Below are positions 28,695 through 39,132 of a stretch of DNA of 64,000 bases, piece by piece. The position numbers and the translations under genes are program-made. Source of the stretch: an uncultured Chitinophagaceae bacterium (GTDB lineage Bacteria > Bacteroidota > Ignavibacteria > UBA10030 > UBA8401); the NCBI GenBank assembly GCA_964371615.1, contig CAYJMS010000001.1, positions 688,436-752,435 of the forward strand. Reading direction: 5' to 3'. The number at the start of each line of letters is the position of its first letter. Within the stretch, counting starts at the first letter, position 1. Under the pieces are notes generated by a model that was not told where the DNA came from, ran no database searches, and was given only the letters and a program-made list of their open reading frames with translations.

Positions 28695-29519
28695 ATGGAC
28701 GTCCGTCTGCAGAAATTGGCACGCACACATTACGAAAATTTTCCCGTCGGGTCTCGATTCATTCCCGCACGGTATCGTGAGGCGGTCCATCTGGTGTACG
28801 CATTCGCCCGTGTTGCTGATGATATTGCCGATGAAGGAACGATGGACCGAAGCGAACGGGTTCAAAAACTCAGTGATTGGGAATTATTGTTGGTGGATAG
28901 TCTCAACGGAACCGTTGCAGACGAATTCTTCTCCGGCCTCGCGTCGGTGATTCGCCGGTATCGGATTCCGGTACAGTATTTCAAGGATTTGATCAGCGCA
29001 TTCAATCAGGATACCGGCAATCCGGAATATCAAACATTCGATGAGATCATCGGTTATTGCAGCCGTTCGGCAAATCCTATCGGCAGAATCATGTTGAAGA
29101 TTTTCAATTCTTCGAATTCTCGAAATGATCTCCTGTCGGATCACATTTGCACCGCACTGCAATTGACGAATTTTCTGCAGGATATTTCTATTGATACACG
29201 TCGGAATCGTTTCTATATTCCCGCGAAGGAATTGACGGAATATGGCCTCAGCCGCCAGGATCTGGCGGGACAGAACAAAAAGGAGGCGATGGTGCGACTG
29301 ATGAAATCGCAGGTCGAACGGACCCGTCAGATCTTCGGTCAGGGAAAAGAATTATTCTTCTTGGTCCACAACGATCTCCGTTTCGAATTGAAGCTGATCT
29401 GGCACGGCGGCATGAGAATTTTGGAAAAAATCGAAGCACTGGGATATGATACTCGGCATGTCCGGCCGTCATTGACGGTATTTGACTCCTTGCTCATTGT
29501 GTGGAGGGCGATGCGATAA
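28695..29519 (+). CDS. hpnC: Hydroxysqualene synthase (squalene/phytoene synthase family)
   Basis: HYENFPVGSRFIPARYREAVHLVYAFARVADDIADEG, the HpnC-type N-terminus with the first Asp-rich motif. Confidence 0.8.
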   Translation: MDVRLQKLARTHYENFPVGSRFIPARYREAVHLVYAFARVADDIADEGTMDRSERVQKLSDWELLLVDSLNGTVADEFFSGLASVIRRYRIPVQYFKDLISAFNQDTGNPEYQTFDEIIGYCSRSANPIGRIMLKIFNSSNSRNDLLSDHICTALQLTNFLQDISIDTRRNRFYIPAKELTEYGLSRQDLAGQNKKEAMVRLMKSQVERTRQIFGQGKELFFLVHNDLRFELKLIWHGGMRILEKIEALGYDTRHVRPSLTVFDSLLIVWRAMR

Positions 29520-29521
29520 CT

Positions 29522-30364
29522 ATGGAACATTTGTTGACGACATATGTGCTGGAACAGAACAAGAGGAGTAATTTCTATTATTCCTTTTTGCTGCTTCCAA
29601 AACCAAAGCGAGAAGCGATCAACATCGTGTACGCCTGGTGCCGCATTGCGGACGATATCGTCGATGAAGAAGAAAGCATTCCGGTCAAACGCCAGCGGCT
29701 CCTGTCGTGGGCAAAGGAGTTCGAAAAAGGGATAGAAGGCGAATCGGAGTATGCTCTAGTCAACCGCCTTTCGCGCATCATAGCACATTTCAAAATTCCG
29801 CTGACCCATTTTCACGATCTCATTGCCGGCATGGAAATGGACCTCATCAATTTCCGCTACGCGACGTTCGAGGATCTGAAACTGTACTGTTATCGCGTTG
29901 CGTCCACTGTCGGTTTGATCAGCACCGAGATTTTCGGATACCGGAACGACGGCGCCAAGGAATACGCCGTTAATCTCGGTTTCGCTTTGCAGTTGACGAA
30001 CATCCTCCGGGATGTGGCCGCCGATGCAAAGAAAGGAAGAATCTATCTTCCGCAGGAAGATCTTGTCGCATTCAGTTATACCGAAGAGGAACTCTTTTCC
30101 GGTGTCTATAACGACAAATTCCGAAAACTCATGAAGTTCGAAGCCGACCGGGCCAGAATGTATTTTACCGAAGCACTCAAACATCTTTCCGAAGAGGATA
30201 AACCGCTGTTCATTGCTGCGTTGATTATGCAGGAGATCTATTTCCGGCTGCTGCAGGATATTGAACGTGCAGACTATAATGTTTATGCGCACCGTTTCCG
30301 AGTCTCGAACTTCACAAAAATCCTCATCACATCCCGTGTCTGGTGGAACAATCGTAAGCGATAA
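29522..30364 (+). CDS. hpnD: Presqualene diphosphate synthase (squalene/phytoene synthase family)
   Basis: SNFYYSFLLLPKPKREAINIVYAWCRIADDIVDEEES, HpnD-type. Start placed at MEHLL, 2 nt after the hpnC stop. Confidence 0.8.
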   Translation: MEHLLTTYVLEQNKRSNFYYSFLLLPKPKREAINIVYAWCRIADDIVDEEESIPVKRQRLLSWAKEFEKGIEGESEYALVNRLSRIIAHFKIPLTHFHDLIAGMEMDLINFRYATFEDLKLYCYRVASTVGLISTEIFGYRNDGAKEYAVNLGFALQLTNILRDVAADAKKGRIYLPQEDLVAFSYTEEELFSGVYNDKFRKLMKFEADRARMYFTEALKHLSEEDKPLFIAALIMQEIYFRLLQDIERADYNVYAHRFRVSNFTKILITSRVWWNNRKR

Positions 30365-31721
30365 CGCTCCGGATGCGGTGATTATCGGCGGAGGTATGGC
30401 GGGATTGTCCGCCGCCGTCGATCTGGTTCGCCGCGGCCATTCTGTTGTACTCGTTGAACAAAAGCAGCATCTTGGCGGAAGAACCTATTCCTTCGTCCAT
30501 CCGGAAACAGGTGACGATGTCGATAATGGCCAGCATCTGATGATGGGGTGTTATCATTCGACGCTCCGGTATCTGCGAACGATCGGCACGATTGATGAGG
30601 TCGAGATCCAGAAACGCCTTACCATTCTTTTTCGCCGTAAAGGAAAGCAGACAGGGATATTGCACTCCGGCCGCCTTCCGGCACCGTTTCATATCCTTTC
30701 CGGATTATTGCGGCTCACCATTCTTCGCTGGACCCACCGGATTCGTTTGCTGAGAGTCGGCATTGAATTGCTCATCAGAAATCCCGATACGGACCGTCAT
30801 CTTCATTCCATCACCGTCGAACAATGGCTGGATGAAATGAAACAGCCGCCGGAAAATAAAGAATACCTCTGGAACATTATCGCCATTGGTGCGTTGAACG
30901 ACTCGCCAGCGGATATTTCCGCAGCGATGTTTGTCAAAGTGCTCAAGAGTGCATTTTTTGGAGCGCGGCAGAATTCATCAATGGTGATTCCAAAGCGCGG
31001 TTTGAGTTCGGTCTTGATCGATGGCGCCGAATCGTATATCCGTCTGCGGGGGGGCAGGATAGTGTTGAATTCGTCGGTTAAAAATATCGAGATTAATAGC
31101 AACGCCGTGGAATCGGTTACGTTGGAAAACGGCGAAGTATTAATCCCCGCGACGGTAATCTCCGCGGTGCCGTATTTCGACTTTCCCCGGCTTTTTTCCG
31201 ATGCAGCATTGTCCGTGGCAGGAAATATCGGCGCGTTTGTATCGTCGCCGATTATTACAATTCACCTTTGGTTTGATGCACATTTTGTTGAGGAAAAATT
31301 CTCCGCTCTTATCGGTTCACGCATCCATTGGGTGTTCAACAAAACCGCAATTTACGGCAGAAAAAGAGAAGGCTTGATGTATCTCTCCCTGGTGGTCAGC
31401 GGTGCACGCGATCTCATCGGAAAAAGTAAAGAAAACCTTGTGACGATAGCGCATGAAGAATTGAAACAGTTCTATCCCGCCGCATCATTGGCTGCAATCG
31501 TTCATTCCCTGGTCATGAAAGAAAAACGCGCGACCTTCTCGCCGAGCATAGAAATCGAACCGCAACGTCCCGCTGCCCGAACGGCGGTGAACAATCTCTT
31601 TATCGCAGGGGATTGGACAGATACAAAACTCCCCGCCACCATCGAAGGGGCAGTGCAAAGCGGATACGAAAGTGCCGCATTGGCCGCAATGGAAATTGAA
31701 TTGAGGAAAAATCCGAAGTAA
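30335..31721 (+). CDS. hpnE: Hydroxysqualene dehydroxylase (FAD-dependent amine-oxidase family)
   Basis: Rossmann VIIGGGMAGLSAAVDL..VLVEQKQHLGGR. Overlaps the hpnD 3' end; exact start uncertain (GTG near 30335). Confidence 0.75.
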
Positions 31722-31743
31722 GTGCAGCCTGAAAATTTACCAA

Positions 31744-31780
31744 TAAAAAAACCGGATGATCGATCCGGTTTTTTGTTTTC
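31744..31780. terminator. Bidirectional rho-independent terminator (AAAAAAA-ACCGGATGATCGATCCGGT-TTTTTGTTTT) between convergent hpnE and the histidine kinase gene
   Basis: Palindromic stem with flanking A- and T-runs. Confidence 0.8.
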
Positions 31781-31799
31781 AACAGTGATTCTATTGAAT

Positions 31800-33467
31800 T
31801 CATTCGACAGCTGCGGGGAACATCATTCTGATCGTTGTCCCTTTGCCGAGTTCGCTGTCGATCTCGATTTTCCCTTTGTGATCGTCAATCACTTTTTTAA
31901 CAATGGACATGCCGAGACCGGTTCCGTGTTTCTTTCCATAGGTCACAAACGGCTCAAAGATTCTCCGTTTTACCTCTTCCGGCATACCGGTGCCGGTATC
32001 GGTAAATTCGATCTTCACCATTCCGCCGATATCCTCGGTTGAGACGGAGAGCGATCCGCCGTTCGGCATGGCATCGCGTGCGTTGCTGGCGATATTATAG
32101 AATACCCGGACCATTTTATCCTGGTCGAGTTTTACTGTTCCCTTGAAATTAAGGTGCTTTTCTAATTTGACGTTGTTCTTGGTGAGGTCTTTTTCGATGA
32201 ACATCAGAACTCCCTCCATAACATCCTCGAACACCACATTTTCCATGTTCGTTGCGCTCACACCCCGGCTGAAGTCGAGAATTTCCTGCGCCATATTGAC
32301 AAATCGGTCGACCTGATGGATCATCTCGTCCGCCATTTTTGCCGCCTCTTCGTTCCCCGATTTCTTCTTCATTACCTGAGCATACACCCGCAGCGTTCCC
32401 ATCGGATTCTTGATGTCATGGATGATTGTGCTGGCCATGCGTCCGACGGCGGATAGTCGTTCGTTGTTCACCATCTCTTGGGCCATCCGGGCATTTTCGA
32501 TGGCAATGGAAGCGTGAATGGAAAGGGCGTTCAGGAACTCCTCGTCCTGCGGAGTAAACGGTCCCCCTTTTTTGTTTAACATTTGAAAGACGCCGATAAT
32601 CTTGCCGTCGCGATTGCGCATCGGCATGGTGAGCATATTATTCGTGCGGTAACCGGTCTTTTTGTCCACTTCGGGATTAAAGCGGGGATCGTTGTAAGCA
32701 TCGGGTATGTTCACGATCTCGCCCGTCTTTGCCACATAGCCGGCTAGTCCTTTGCCGAGCGGCAGCCGTATCTCAATCACTTCTGTGCCGCGTAGGGCTT
32801 TCGACCAGATCTCACCTTTTAATTCATCAACCAGATATAATGTACCGCGATCCGAGGCGATTGATTTAATCGCCGTTTCTAGAATTACATCGAGCAATTT
32901 ATCGAGATCGAGTGTCGAATTGACAGTCTTTGCAGCATCGATCAGGGTGTTTAACTTATTTATGTGCTGCTTCGATATCTCCACCGTCCGGTCCAGCTCC
33001 TGTACGATCGTCTGATCGGCAGCGCGTAACCGCTTCGTAACATTCCGCAATATGTTCAATTGGATGATGTTGTTCGATTTCAAGAGATTATCAAAATCCT
33101 GTTTGCTGATGCTGGCGCACACCGTGTTCTCCACGGCCATCGTCCGAGCAGACCGCACCTGATCGTCCAACAGCTCCATCTCTCCGAAAAAATCTCCCTT
33201 GGTAAGATGGGCAAGAACTGTTTCCGCTCCATACTTTGTCACTTTAGAGATCTTGATCTTGCCATCGAGGATAAGATACAATCGCTCTCCGCGGGTATTT
33301 TCCTGGAAAACGACGGTATTGGCGGCAAATCTCTCTTCTCGACACATCTTGAGAATTGCGTTCAAATTCACATCGGCCACATATTTAAACGCCGACGCGG
33401 ATTTGAGATTTTCGAGAGTGAGGAGTGATTGTTCCATTGGCTCTTTTCGAGTTGTGATTGGTTTCAA
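31800..33467 (-). CDS. Soluble sensor histidine kinase: cNMP-binding (CAP-type) domain, GAF domain, HisKA and HATPase_c
   Basis: FGEMELL...RSARTMAVE cNMP-binding signature. GAF region. H-box HDIKNP. G1/G2 boxes DTGTGM and GTGLGM. No TM segments. Confidence 0.85.
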   Translation of the reverse strand: MKPITTRKEPMEQSLLTLENLKSASAFKYVADVNLNAILKMCREERFAANTVVFQENTRGERLYLILDGKIKISKVTKYGAETVLAHLTKGDFFGEMELLDDQVRSARTMAVENTVCASISKQDFDNLLKSNNIIQLNILRNVTKRLRAADQTIVQELDRTVEISKQHINKLNTLIDAAKTVNSTLDLDKLLDVILETAIKSIASDRGTLYLVDELKGEIWSKALRGTEVIEIRLPLGKGLAGYVAKTGEIVNIPDAYNDPRFNPEVDKKTGYRTNNMLTMPMRNRDGKIIGVFQMLNKKGGPFTPQDEEFLNALSIHASIAIENARMAQEMVNNERLSAVGRMASTIIHDIKNPMGTLRVYAQVMKKKSGNEEAAKMADEMIHQVDRFVNMAQEILDFSRGVSATNMENVVFEDVMEGVLMFIEKDLTKNNVKLEKHLNFKGTVKLDQDKMVRVFYNIASNARDAMPNGGSLSVSTEDIGGMVKIEFTDTGTGMPEEVKRRIFEPFVTYGKKHGTGLGMSIVKKVIDDHKGKIEIDSELGKGTTIRMMFPAAVE

Positions 33468-33643
33468 AAAATAAGGAACTACCGAGAGAGAAGCAAGGAA
33501 TGAGCAGGAGTCATTTTATCCCGTGTGACGTGTGATATATCGTGTCTGTACGGTGAAATTTTCATATATTGATACAATTCTTATCAACGGAGTCCGCCGG
33601 TCGTGTGGACTCCGCTTTATTTACAGCATCAGAAGGACGTACT

Positions 33644-35317
33644 GTGAGCGATACAAAAATAATTTTTTCGATGATCGGTGTCGGCAAGGTGCACAAACCG
33701 AACAAGCAGGTCTTAAAAGATATCTACCTGTCTTTCTATTATGGGGCAAAGATCGGCGTGCTTGGATTGAATGGCGCGGGAAAATCGACGCTGTTAAAGA
33801 TCATCGCCGGAGTTGATAAAGACTATCTCGGAACGATCAATGCACAAAAAGGGATTACCTTCGGTTATTTGTCGCAAGAACCCGAACTCGATCCGGAAAA
33901 AACGGTGAAGGAGATCGTTGAGGAAGGTGTGCAGGAAACGGTGAACCTGTTGAAGGAATATGAAGCGATCACCGCCAAGTTTGCCGATCCGGATGCCGAT
34001 TTTGACAAGTTGCTCGAAAAACAGGGAACACTTCAGGAAAAGATTGATCACATCAATGCATGGGATCTTGACAGTAAATTGGAACAGGCTATGGATGCCT
34101 TGCGCTGTCCTTCCGGCGAAACTCCGGTAAAGGTCCTCTCCGGCGGTGAACGACGGCGGGTGGCACTCTGCAGACTGTTGCTGCAGGAACCCGATGTATT
34201 ACTGCTGGATGAACCGACAAACCATCTGGATGCGGAATCGGTATCCTGGCTGGAACAGCATTTGGCGCAGTACAAAGGAACCGTACTGGCCGTGACGCAT
34301 GACCGGTATTTTCTCGACAATGTCGCCGGATGGATACTGGAACTTGATCGCGGGGAAGGAATTCCGTTCGAAGGAAATTATTCCTCCTGGCTGGAGCAGA
34401 AACAAAAACGTCTTGAAGTCGAAGAGAAACAGGAATCGAAACGGCAAAAAGTATTGAAGCGGGAATTGGAATGGGTGAGGATGAATCCGAAAGGCCGTCA
34501 CGCAAAAAGCAAGGCGCGTATCGCATCGTATGAACAAATGCTCACCGAAGAGCATGAGCGACGCAACGAAGAGATCGAAATCTTCATTCCCAAAGGTCCC
34601 CGCCTGGGAGATGTGGTGATTAAATCGGAAAATGTCGCCAAAGCGTTCGGCGATAATTTGTTGTATGAAAATATGAATTTTGATCTTCCGCCCGGCGGAA
34701 TCATCGGCGTGATAGGACCGAACGGTGCCGGTAAAACCACGTTGTTCAGGATGATTACCGGACAGGAAAAACCCGATACCGGAAAAATTACCGTTGGGGA
34801 TACTGTGAAACTCGCCTATGTCGACCAAAACCGTCCGCTCGATCCCGACAAGACGATTTGGGAAGAGATTTCCGGCGGTGAAGAATTGCTTCGCTTCGGT
34901 ACACGCGAAGTGAACTCCCGCGCATATGTTGCACGGTTTAATTTCAGCGGCAGCGACCAACAGAAGCGCGTTGGCCAACTTTCCGGCGGAGAGCGGAACC
35001 GGGTTCATCTCGCCAAGACGATGAAACAGGAAGCGAATGTTTTGCTTCTGGACGAACCGACAAACGATCTCGATGTGAATACGCTGAGAGCCCTGGAAGA
35101 AGCATTGGGAGAATTTGCCGGATGCGCCGTTGTCATCTCGCACGATCGCTGGTTTCTCGATCGTGTCGCGACACACATTCTCGCATTCGAAGGGGAGAGC
35201 CAGGTGCAGTGGTTCGACGGAAATTATTCCGAATACGAAGAGTTTCGCAGGAAAAAACTCGGCATTGCCGCTGACCAGCCGCATCGGATCCATTATAAAA
35301 AATTGGTGAGACAATAA
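33644..35317 (+). CDS. ettA: ABC-F family energy-dependent translational throttle protein
   Basis: GTG start gives [17 protein letters not shown]. Two ABC cassettes with Walker [10 protein letters not shown] / GPNGAGKTT and signatures LSGGERRR / LSGGERNR. 558 aa. Confidence 0.9.
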   Translation: MSDTKIIFSMIGVGKVHKPNKQVLKDIYLSFYYGAKIGVLGLNGAGKSTLLKIIAGVDKDYLGTINAQKGITFGYLSQEPELDPEKTVKEIVEEGVQETVNLLKEYEAITAKFADPDADFDKLLEKQGTLQEKIDHINAWDLDSKLEQAMDALRCPSGETPVKVLSGGERRRVALCRLLLQEPDVLLLDEPTNHLDAESVSWLEQHLAQYKGTVLAVTHDRYFLDNVAGWILELDRGEGIPFEGNYSSWLEQKQKRLEVEEKQESKRQKVLKRELEWVRMNPKGRHAKSKARIASYEQMLTEEHERRNEEIEIFIPKGPRLGDVVIKSENVAKAFGDNLLYENMNFDLPPGGIIGVIGPNGAGKTTLFRMITGQEKPDTGKITVGDTVKLAYVDQNRPLDPDKTIWEEISGGEELLRFGTREVNSRAYVARFNFSGSDQQKRVGQLSGGERNRVHLAKTMKQEANVLLLDEPTNDLDVNTLRALEEALGEFAGCAVVISHDRWFLDRVATHILAFEGESQVQWFDGNYSEYEEFRRKKLGIAADQPHRIHYKKLVRQ

Positions 35318-35325
35318 CGCTTCAG

Positions 35326-35362
35326 GAGGACTCTCCATCAATGGAGGGATCCTATTTTTTTC
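35326..35362 (+). terminator. Rho-independent terminator after ettA (imperfect hairpin then TATTTTTTTT)
   Basis: GGAGGACTCTCCAT/ATGGAGGGATCC stem followed by an 8-T run. Confidence 0.55.
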
Positions 35363-35387
35363 GAATACAGAATGACGATATCCGTGG

Positions 35388-36344
35388 GTGCAGCGGATAG
35401 TGTCACACAAGCATATGAAAACACTTCTTTACCTTCTCCTCGTTTTCCCGATTGCATACGCACAGAACACAGTCATTCCATCGTATCTTCATTATGACTC
35501 GTCGCTTTCCGCTGCCATGGCCGGCATCGCAACTGAGCTCGGCATCAATAAGGAATTCGATACAGGTGAGGATGGGATGGAACAGATTTCATTCGCCGTT
35601 ATCGACTTAACCGGAAAGACACCTCTGCTCGGCGGTGTCCATTTTGACAATTTCATTTATCCCGCCTCGGTATATAAAATGTACGTTGCGGCGGAGATAT
35701 TACGACAGGTATCGCAGGAAAAACAATTCATGACGAATCCAATTGTCGTACGATCTCCCAATGATGTTGACCGATCCCGTGAATTGTCGTGGGATCCACG
35801 GCCGTTGATCCGGGACGGCGATACGGTCACCGTCGCGTATCTGCTCGATCTGATGATCACGCGGAGCGACAATTCGGCTGCCAATTGCCTCATCGATATT
35901 GCACGACGCGAGAATATCAATGCAATGATGCATGAGTATGGGTGGAAGGGAAGCGAAGTGACAAGAAAATTTCTCAGCCGCAAATTCGAGGATTCTGCCT
36001 ATGTGAAAGTGCGCTCGACAGAAACATGCGCATTGCACGCGGCGGATTTCCTCTACAGAATTTATACGGATCAGCTAATCAATCCGTGGGTAAGCCAGCA
36101 AATGAAGTCTTACCTCGGACGGCAGTTGGATACGACGAAACTCTCTCCCGGATTACCGCATCAGGCGATGTTTTATCATAAGACCGGTTGGTATTCCAGC
36201 TGGACACACGATGTCGGTATCGTGGATGATGGAAACACCCGTTACGTCATTGCGTGTTTTTTGCCGTTAGAAGAAGAGAAGGCAAGACCGATACTGAAGC
36301 AATTAGCGGAGAGGGTACATAAGTACTTCATAACAAAGAAATAA
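35388..36344 (+). CDS. Class A beta-lactamase-related serine hydrolase (secreted)
   Basis: Signal peptide. S-x-x-K (SVYK), SDN and KTG (KTGW) motifs in the correct order. Confidence 0.7.
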   Translation: MQRIVSHKHMKTLLYLLLVFPIAYAQNTVIPSYLHYDSSLSAAMAGIATELGINKEFDTGEDGMEQISFAVIDLTGKTPLLGGVHFDNFIYPASVYKMYVAAEILRQVSQEKQFMTNPIVVRSPNDVDRSRELSWDPRPLIRDGDTVTVAYLLDLMITRSDNSAANCLIDIARRENINAMMHEYGWKGSEVTRKFLSRKFEDSAYVKVRSTETCALHAADFLYRIYTDQLINPWVSQQMKSYLGRQLDTTKLSPGLPHQAMFYHKTGWYSSWTHDVGIVDDGNTRYVIACFLPLEEEKARPILKQLAERVHKYFITKK

Positions 36345-36371
36345 AATTTCTGCGACCATCCCAGTCGTCGA

Positions 36372-38975
36372 TTAGAACGTAAATCCAGTCGTCACGTACC
36401 CTTCAACCTGTTCTCGAGACCGTGCGACGGAAAGAGCAACAGTCAGATTTTTGTCCACTGCATACGTCCAGAGGCCCGCTCCGAATCCGGAGTGCCAGAG
36501 CAACGAACGTTCGCCCCGTACAAATACCCGTCCGGTTTCCGCAAAGAGAGTTCCGCCGAGATGAAACGGCAGAAGTACCCTGATCGTCGCAATTTTAAAT
36601 CGCGATTCGGCATGGAGTGAAATGCTGGCATCGCCGGAGAAGCGTTGCTTTTCAAATCCGCGGACAGACTCCGTACCGCCCAGGAATGAACCTTCGAAAA
36701 ACGGATATGTGCCGGAGATATTTTCCGCAAACAGACGGAACGCCAGCGTTGTCGTCGAAAAGAGCGATGTCGTAACATAGGTACGCATATCGAGATATGA
36801 TCGTGTGAATTCTGACCTGCTGCTCAACACTTTCGGGAAATGATAGAGGCCGGATCGGATGAATGAACCCGCCGTCGGAAAAACAGAATGATCGCGCGTA
36901 TCCCATTCCGCTTCACCCTGCAGACTCATGATCGTCATATTTTCAGTACCGTAGGGGAGAAGCGTAGTGATGAACGTTGAATCTTCGAGGAGAATATCAC
37001 TATGCTTGAGCAGGATTCCGCCGATAATCGATAATCGGTCCGTAAAACCGTATTTCACCTGCGGATGAAGAATGTATTGCCCCTGCTTTACTTTATAATA
37101 TTCTTCATCATCGGGGGAATGTGGCAGCGAGAATGAATTCCCTTTTCCAAAGAAGCGTAAGACCTCGATGCCGGATAATCGGATATCGAGAATGTAGTGA
37201 AGGTGTCGATTGTATGTCCTAAAGAGGCCGCGATAATCAATCCGGAATGCTTCGTGATTTGTTGCATAGGCAGCGCTCAGATCCATTCGATAAAAATACG
37301 GATCGTATTTGAAACCATACGCGAACACTGTTTGACCTCCGCCAAGAATGATTCCGTCGGCGGAATTATATGCTGCTACTGCCAGAGGACGAAAATCAAA
37401 TCCGAAATCCCTGTACGGTTCGACCATTGCCGTATCCGACTCAAACAGCGGGAATGTGTGGTCGATAATCGTGGTGGATGATTGTCCTCGTACTACCGTC
37501 TTTTTACCGGTATCATAGACGAATGTCTGTGCGGCGGGAACAATTCCGGGAATATAATCCAGCACGCCGCCGCGCACAACGGATTCATCGACAATGACAT
37601 CTTTCCCTTCGCCGCCGTCCACGTGTATGTCGATGCTGGAAGCGACATTACCGGAAAGATGAGCGATGTCGTCTCCATCCTTTAGATATATCCGGATTTC
37701 GTTTGTTTCTTCCGCAGAGAATCTGCGGCGGTAAATCGGATCGTCCATCGGTTTCCCGGTCGTCTTATCACGCTTCCAAACGGTGATGTCAACACTCCGG
37801 TCGTCATTCCGGACCGCTTCGACATATTCATTTTTGTTGCTGCAATGGATATCGACATACCGTGCGGACAATTCGTAAAATTTCATGGAGATTTCGTGTA
37901 AACGGTCGCGTCGTTCCCGAAGGATATTTTCGATGGCAGGTCCCTCCAGCGCAAGATGTTCCTGCGGCATGAGTCGGACAGCGGAAGCGATCAGTGAATC
38001 GGTAAGCCGGTCAACAAGCCATGACGTAACATTCTTCCATTCTTCTCTATTCAAGCCGGAAAGGAATCTGCGGTCCAGATGTCGCCCGGACCAGGTAAGA
38101 TCGTCGATCAACGGAAAGATATTGTCATAACTTTCTATCTGCTTGACGGAGAGAACGATCAGCCACGGAATTAATCCGTCGATCTTCGCCAATGCCTGAT
38201 CGCGGTCTCGCGGAATCGGCCTCCAAATTCGTTTTCCTTCTTTTTTATATCCCGCCCATTTCCATTGATCGATATGCCGGTCCCAATCGCCGATAAAAAT
38301 GTCGACCAGCCGTGCGGTAAGAAATTCCTTCTCATCGACAACTTCGTCATTATCGTCATTCAGTTCACGAATGAGGGAATACGATCCTTTGATTTTATCC
38401 GCCCCTGCAAAAACGACGGATCCTTTGTCGTCCGGATTTTCTTCGAAAGTGCCGAGCAAGCCGCCAAAATCTTTTTGGAATTCTCCCAGTGCCGGAGAAT
38501 CCGGTAGTACTACCATGCGGGGTGTCGCCTGCAGAATTCCCGCAGCATCAACAATCGGCGCTGCAATGACGGCGGAGAAGGGATGGGTCCAGCTGATCTG
38601 ATCTTGGACGAGATCCTTGACGAAAGTATCCAATAATTCCTCAGGGAGCAATCTGCCGGGATCTTTGTCCAGCGAACGGAATTTATATTCCTTCCCGTCA
38701 CGACCGATGAATTGCAGCGATCTCGTCTGAAATCCCCCGCCGCGTTTTGTCGGTATCAATCCACCGGCGGTTTTGTCGAGATCCAGTACGGGGACAGTGA
38801 CCGGAATAGCCCAGAGATCCCTCCAATGATCGCCGAACAGGAACCGCTTGATCGGTCCGGCTTGATAATGGTTTCCCGGTACAACGGTAACGGAATCCGA
38901 AGAAACGATTTGTCCCTGCGAAACAACAGTGACGGCAACTATCAGAACAAAAAATATCGATTTGGTGTTTATCAT
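36372..38975 (-). CDS. Omp85-family outer-membrane beta-barrel protein with a large N-terminal domain that does not resemble POTRA repeats
   Basis: 867 aa with signal peptide. C-terminal barrel has the Omp85 signature FLGGTESVRGF and ends in F. The N-terminal approx 500 aa includes GDWDRHIDQW. Confidence 0.7.
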   Translation of the reverse strand: MINTKSIFFVLIVAVTVVSQGQIVSSDSVTVVPGNHYQAGPIKRFLFGDHWRDLWAIPVTVPVLDLDKTAGGLIPTKRGGGFQTRSLQFIGRDGKEYKFRSLDKDPGRLLPEELLDTFVKDLVQDQISWTHPFSAVIAAPIVDAAGILQATPRMVVLPDSPALGEFQKDFGGLLGTFEENPDDKGSVVFAGADKIKGSYSLIRELNDDNDEVVDEKEFLTARLVDIFIGDWDRHIDQWKWAGYKKEGKRIWRPIPRDRDQALAKIDGLIPWLIVLSVKQIESYDNIFPLIDDLTWSGRHLDRRFLSGLNREEWKNVTSWLVDRLTDSLIASAVRLMPQEHLALEGPAIENILRERRDRLHEISMKFYELSARYVDIHCSNKNEYVEAVRNDDRSVDITVWKRDKTTGKPMDDPIYRRRFSAEETNEIRIYLKDGDDIAHLSGNVASSIDIHVDGGEGKDVIVDESVVRGGVLDYIPGIVPAAQTFVYDTGKKTVVRGQSSTTIIDHTFPLFESDTAMVEPYRDFGFDFRPLAVAAYNSADGIILGGGQTVFAYGFKYDPYFYRMDLSAAYATNHEAFRIDYRGLFRTYNRHLHYILDIRLSGIEVLRFFGKGNSFSLPHSPDDEEYYKVKQGQYILHPQVKYGFTDRLSIIGGILLKHSDILLEDSTFITTLLPYGTENMTIMSLQGEAEWDTRDHSVFPTAGSFIRSGLYHFPKVLSSRSEFTRSYLDMRTYVTTSLFSTTTLAFRLFAENISGTYPFFEGSFLGGTESVRGFEKQRFSGDASISLHAESRFKIATIRVLLPFHLGGTLFAETGRVFVRGERSLLWHSGFGAGLWTYAVDKNLTVALSVARSREQVEGYVTTGFTF

Positions 38976-39132
38976 TTGGACTGTTGAAAATCAGCAAAAA
39001 CGAAATGAAATACAACTTTTGTTCGACGGCAGAAAATCGTATATTTTAGTCCCAATTCGTTTTGTAAATACCGGTGGACTTTTTTTCTTACATCGGAGTC
39101 CATCATTTTTTTTGTGCTTTCGTTAAAAATAT

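Noticed and set aside
34199-35410. 403-aa ORF on the minus strand
   Set aside because: Antisense to ettA, which carries two complete ABC cassettes; no domain recognised.
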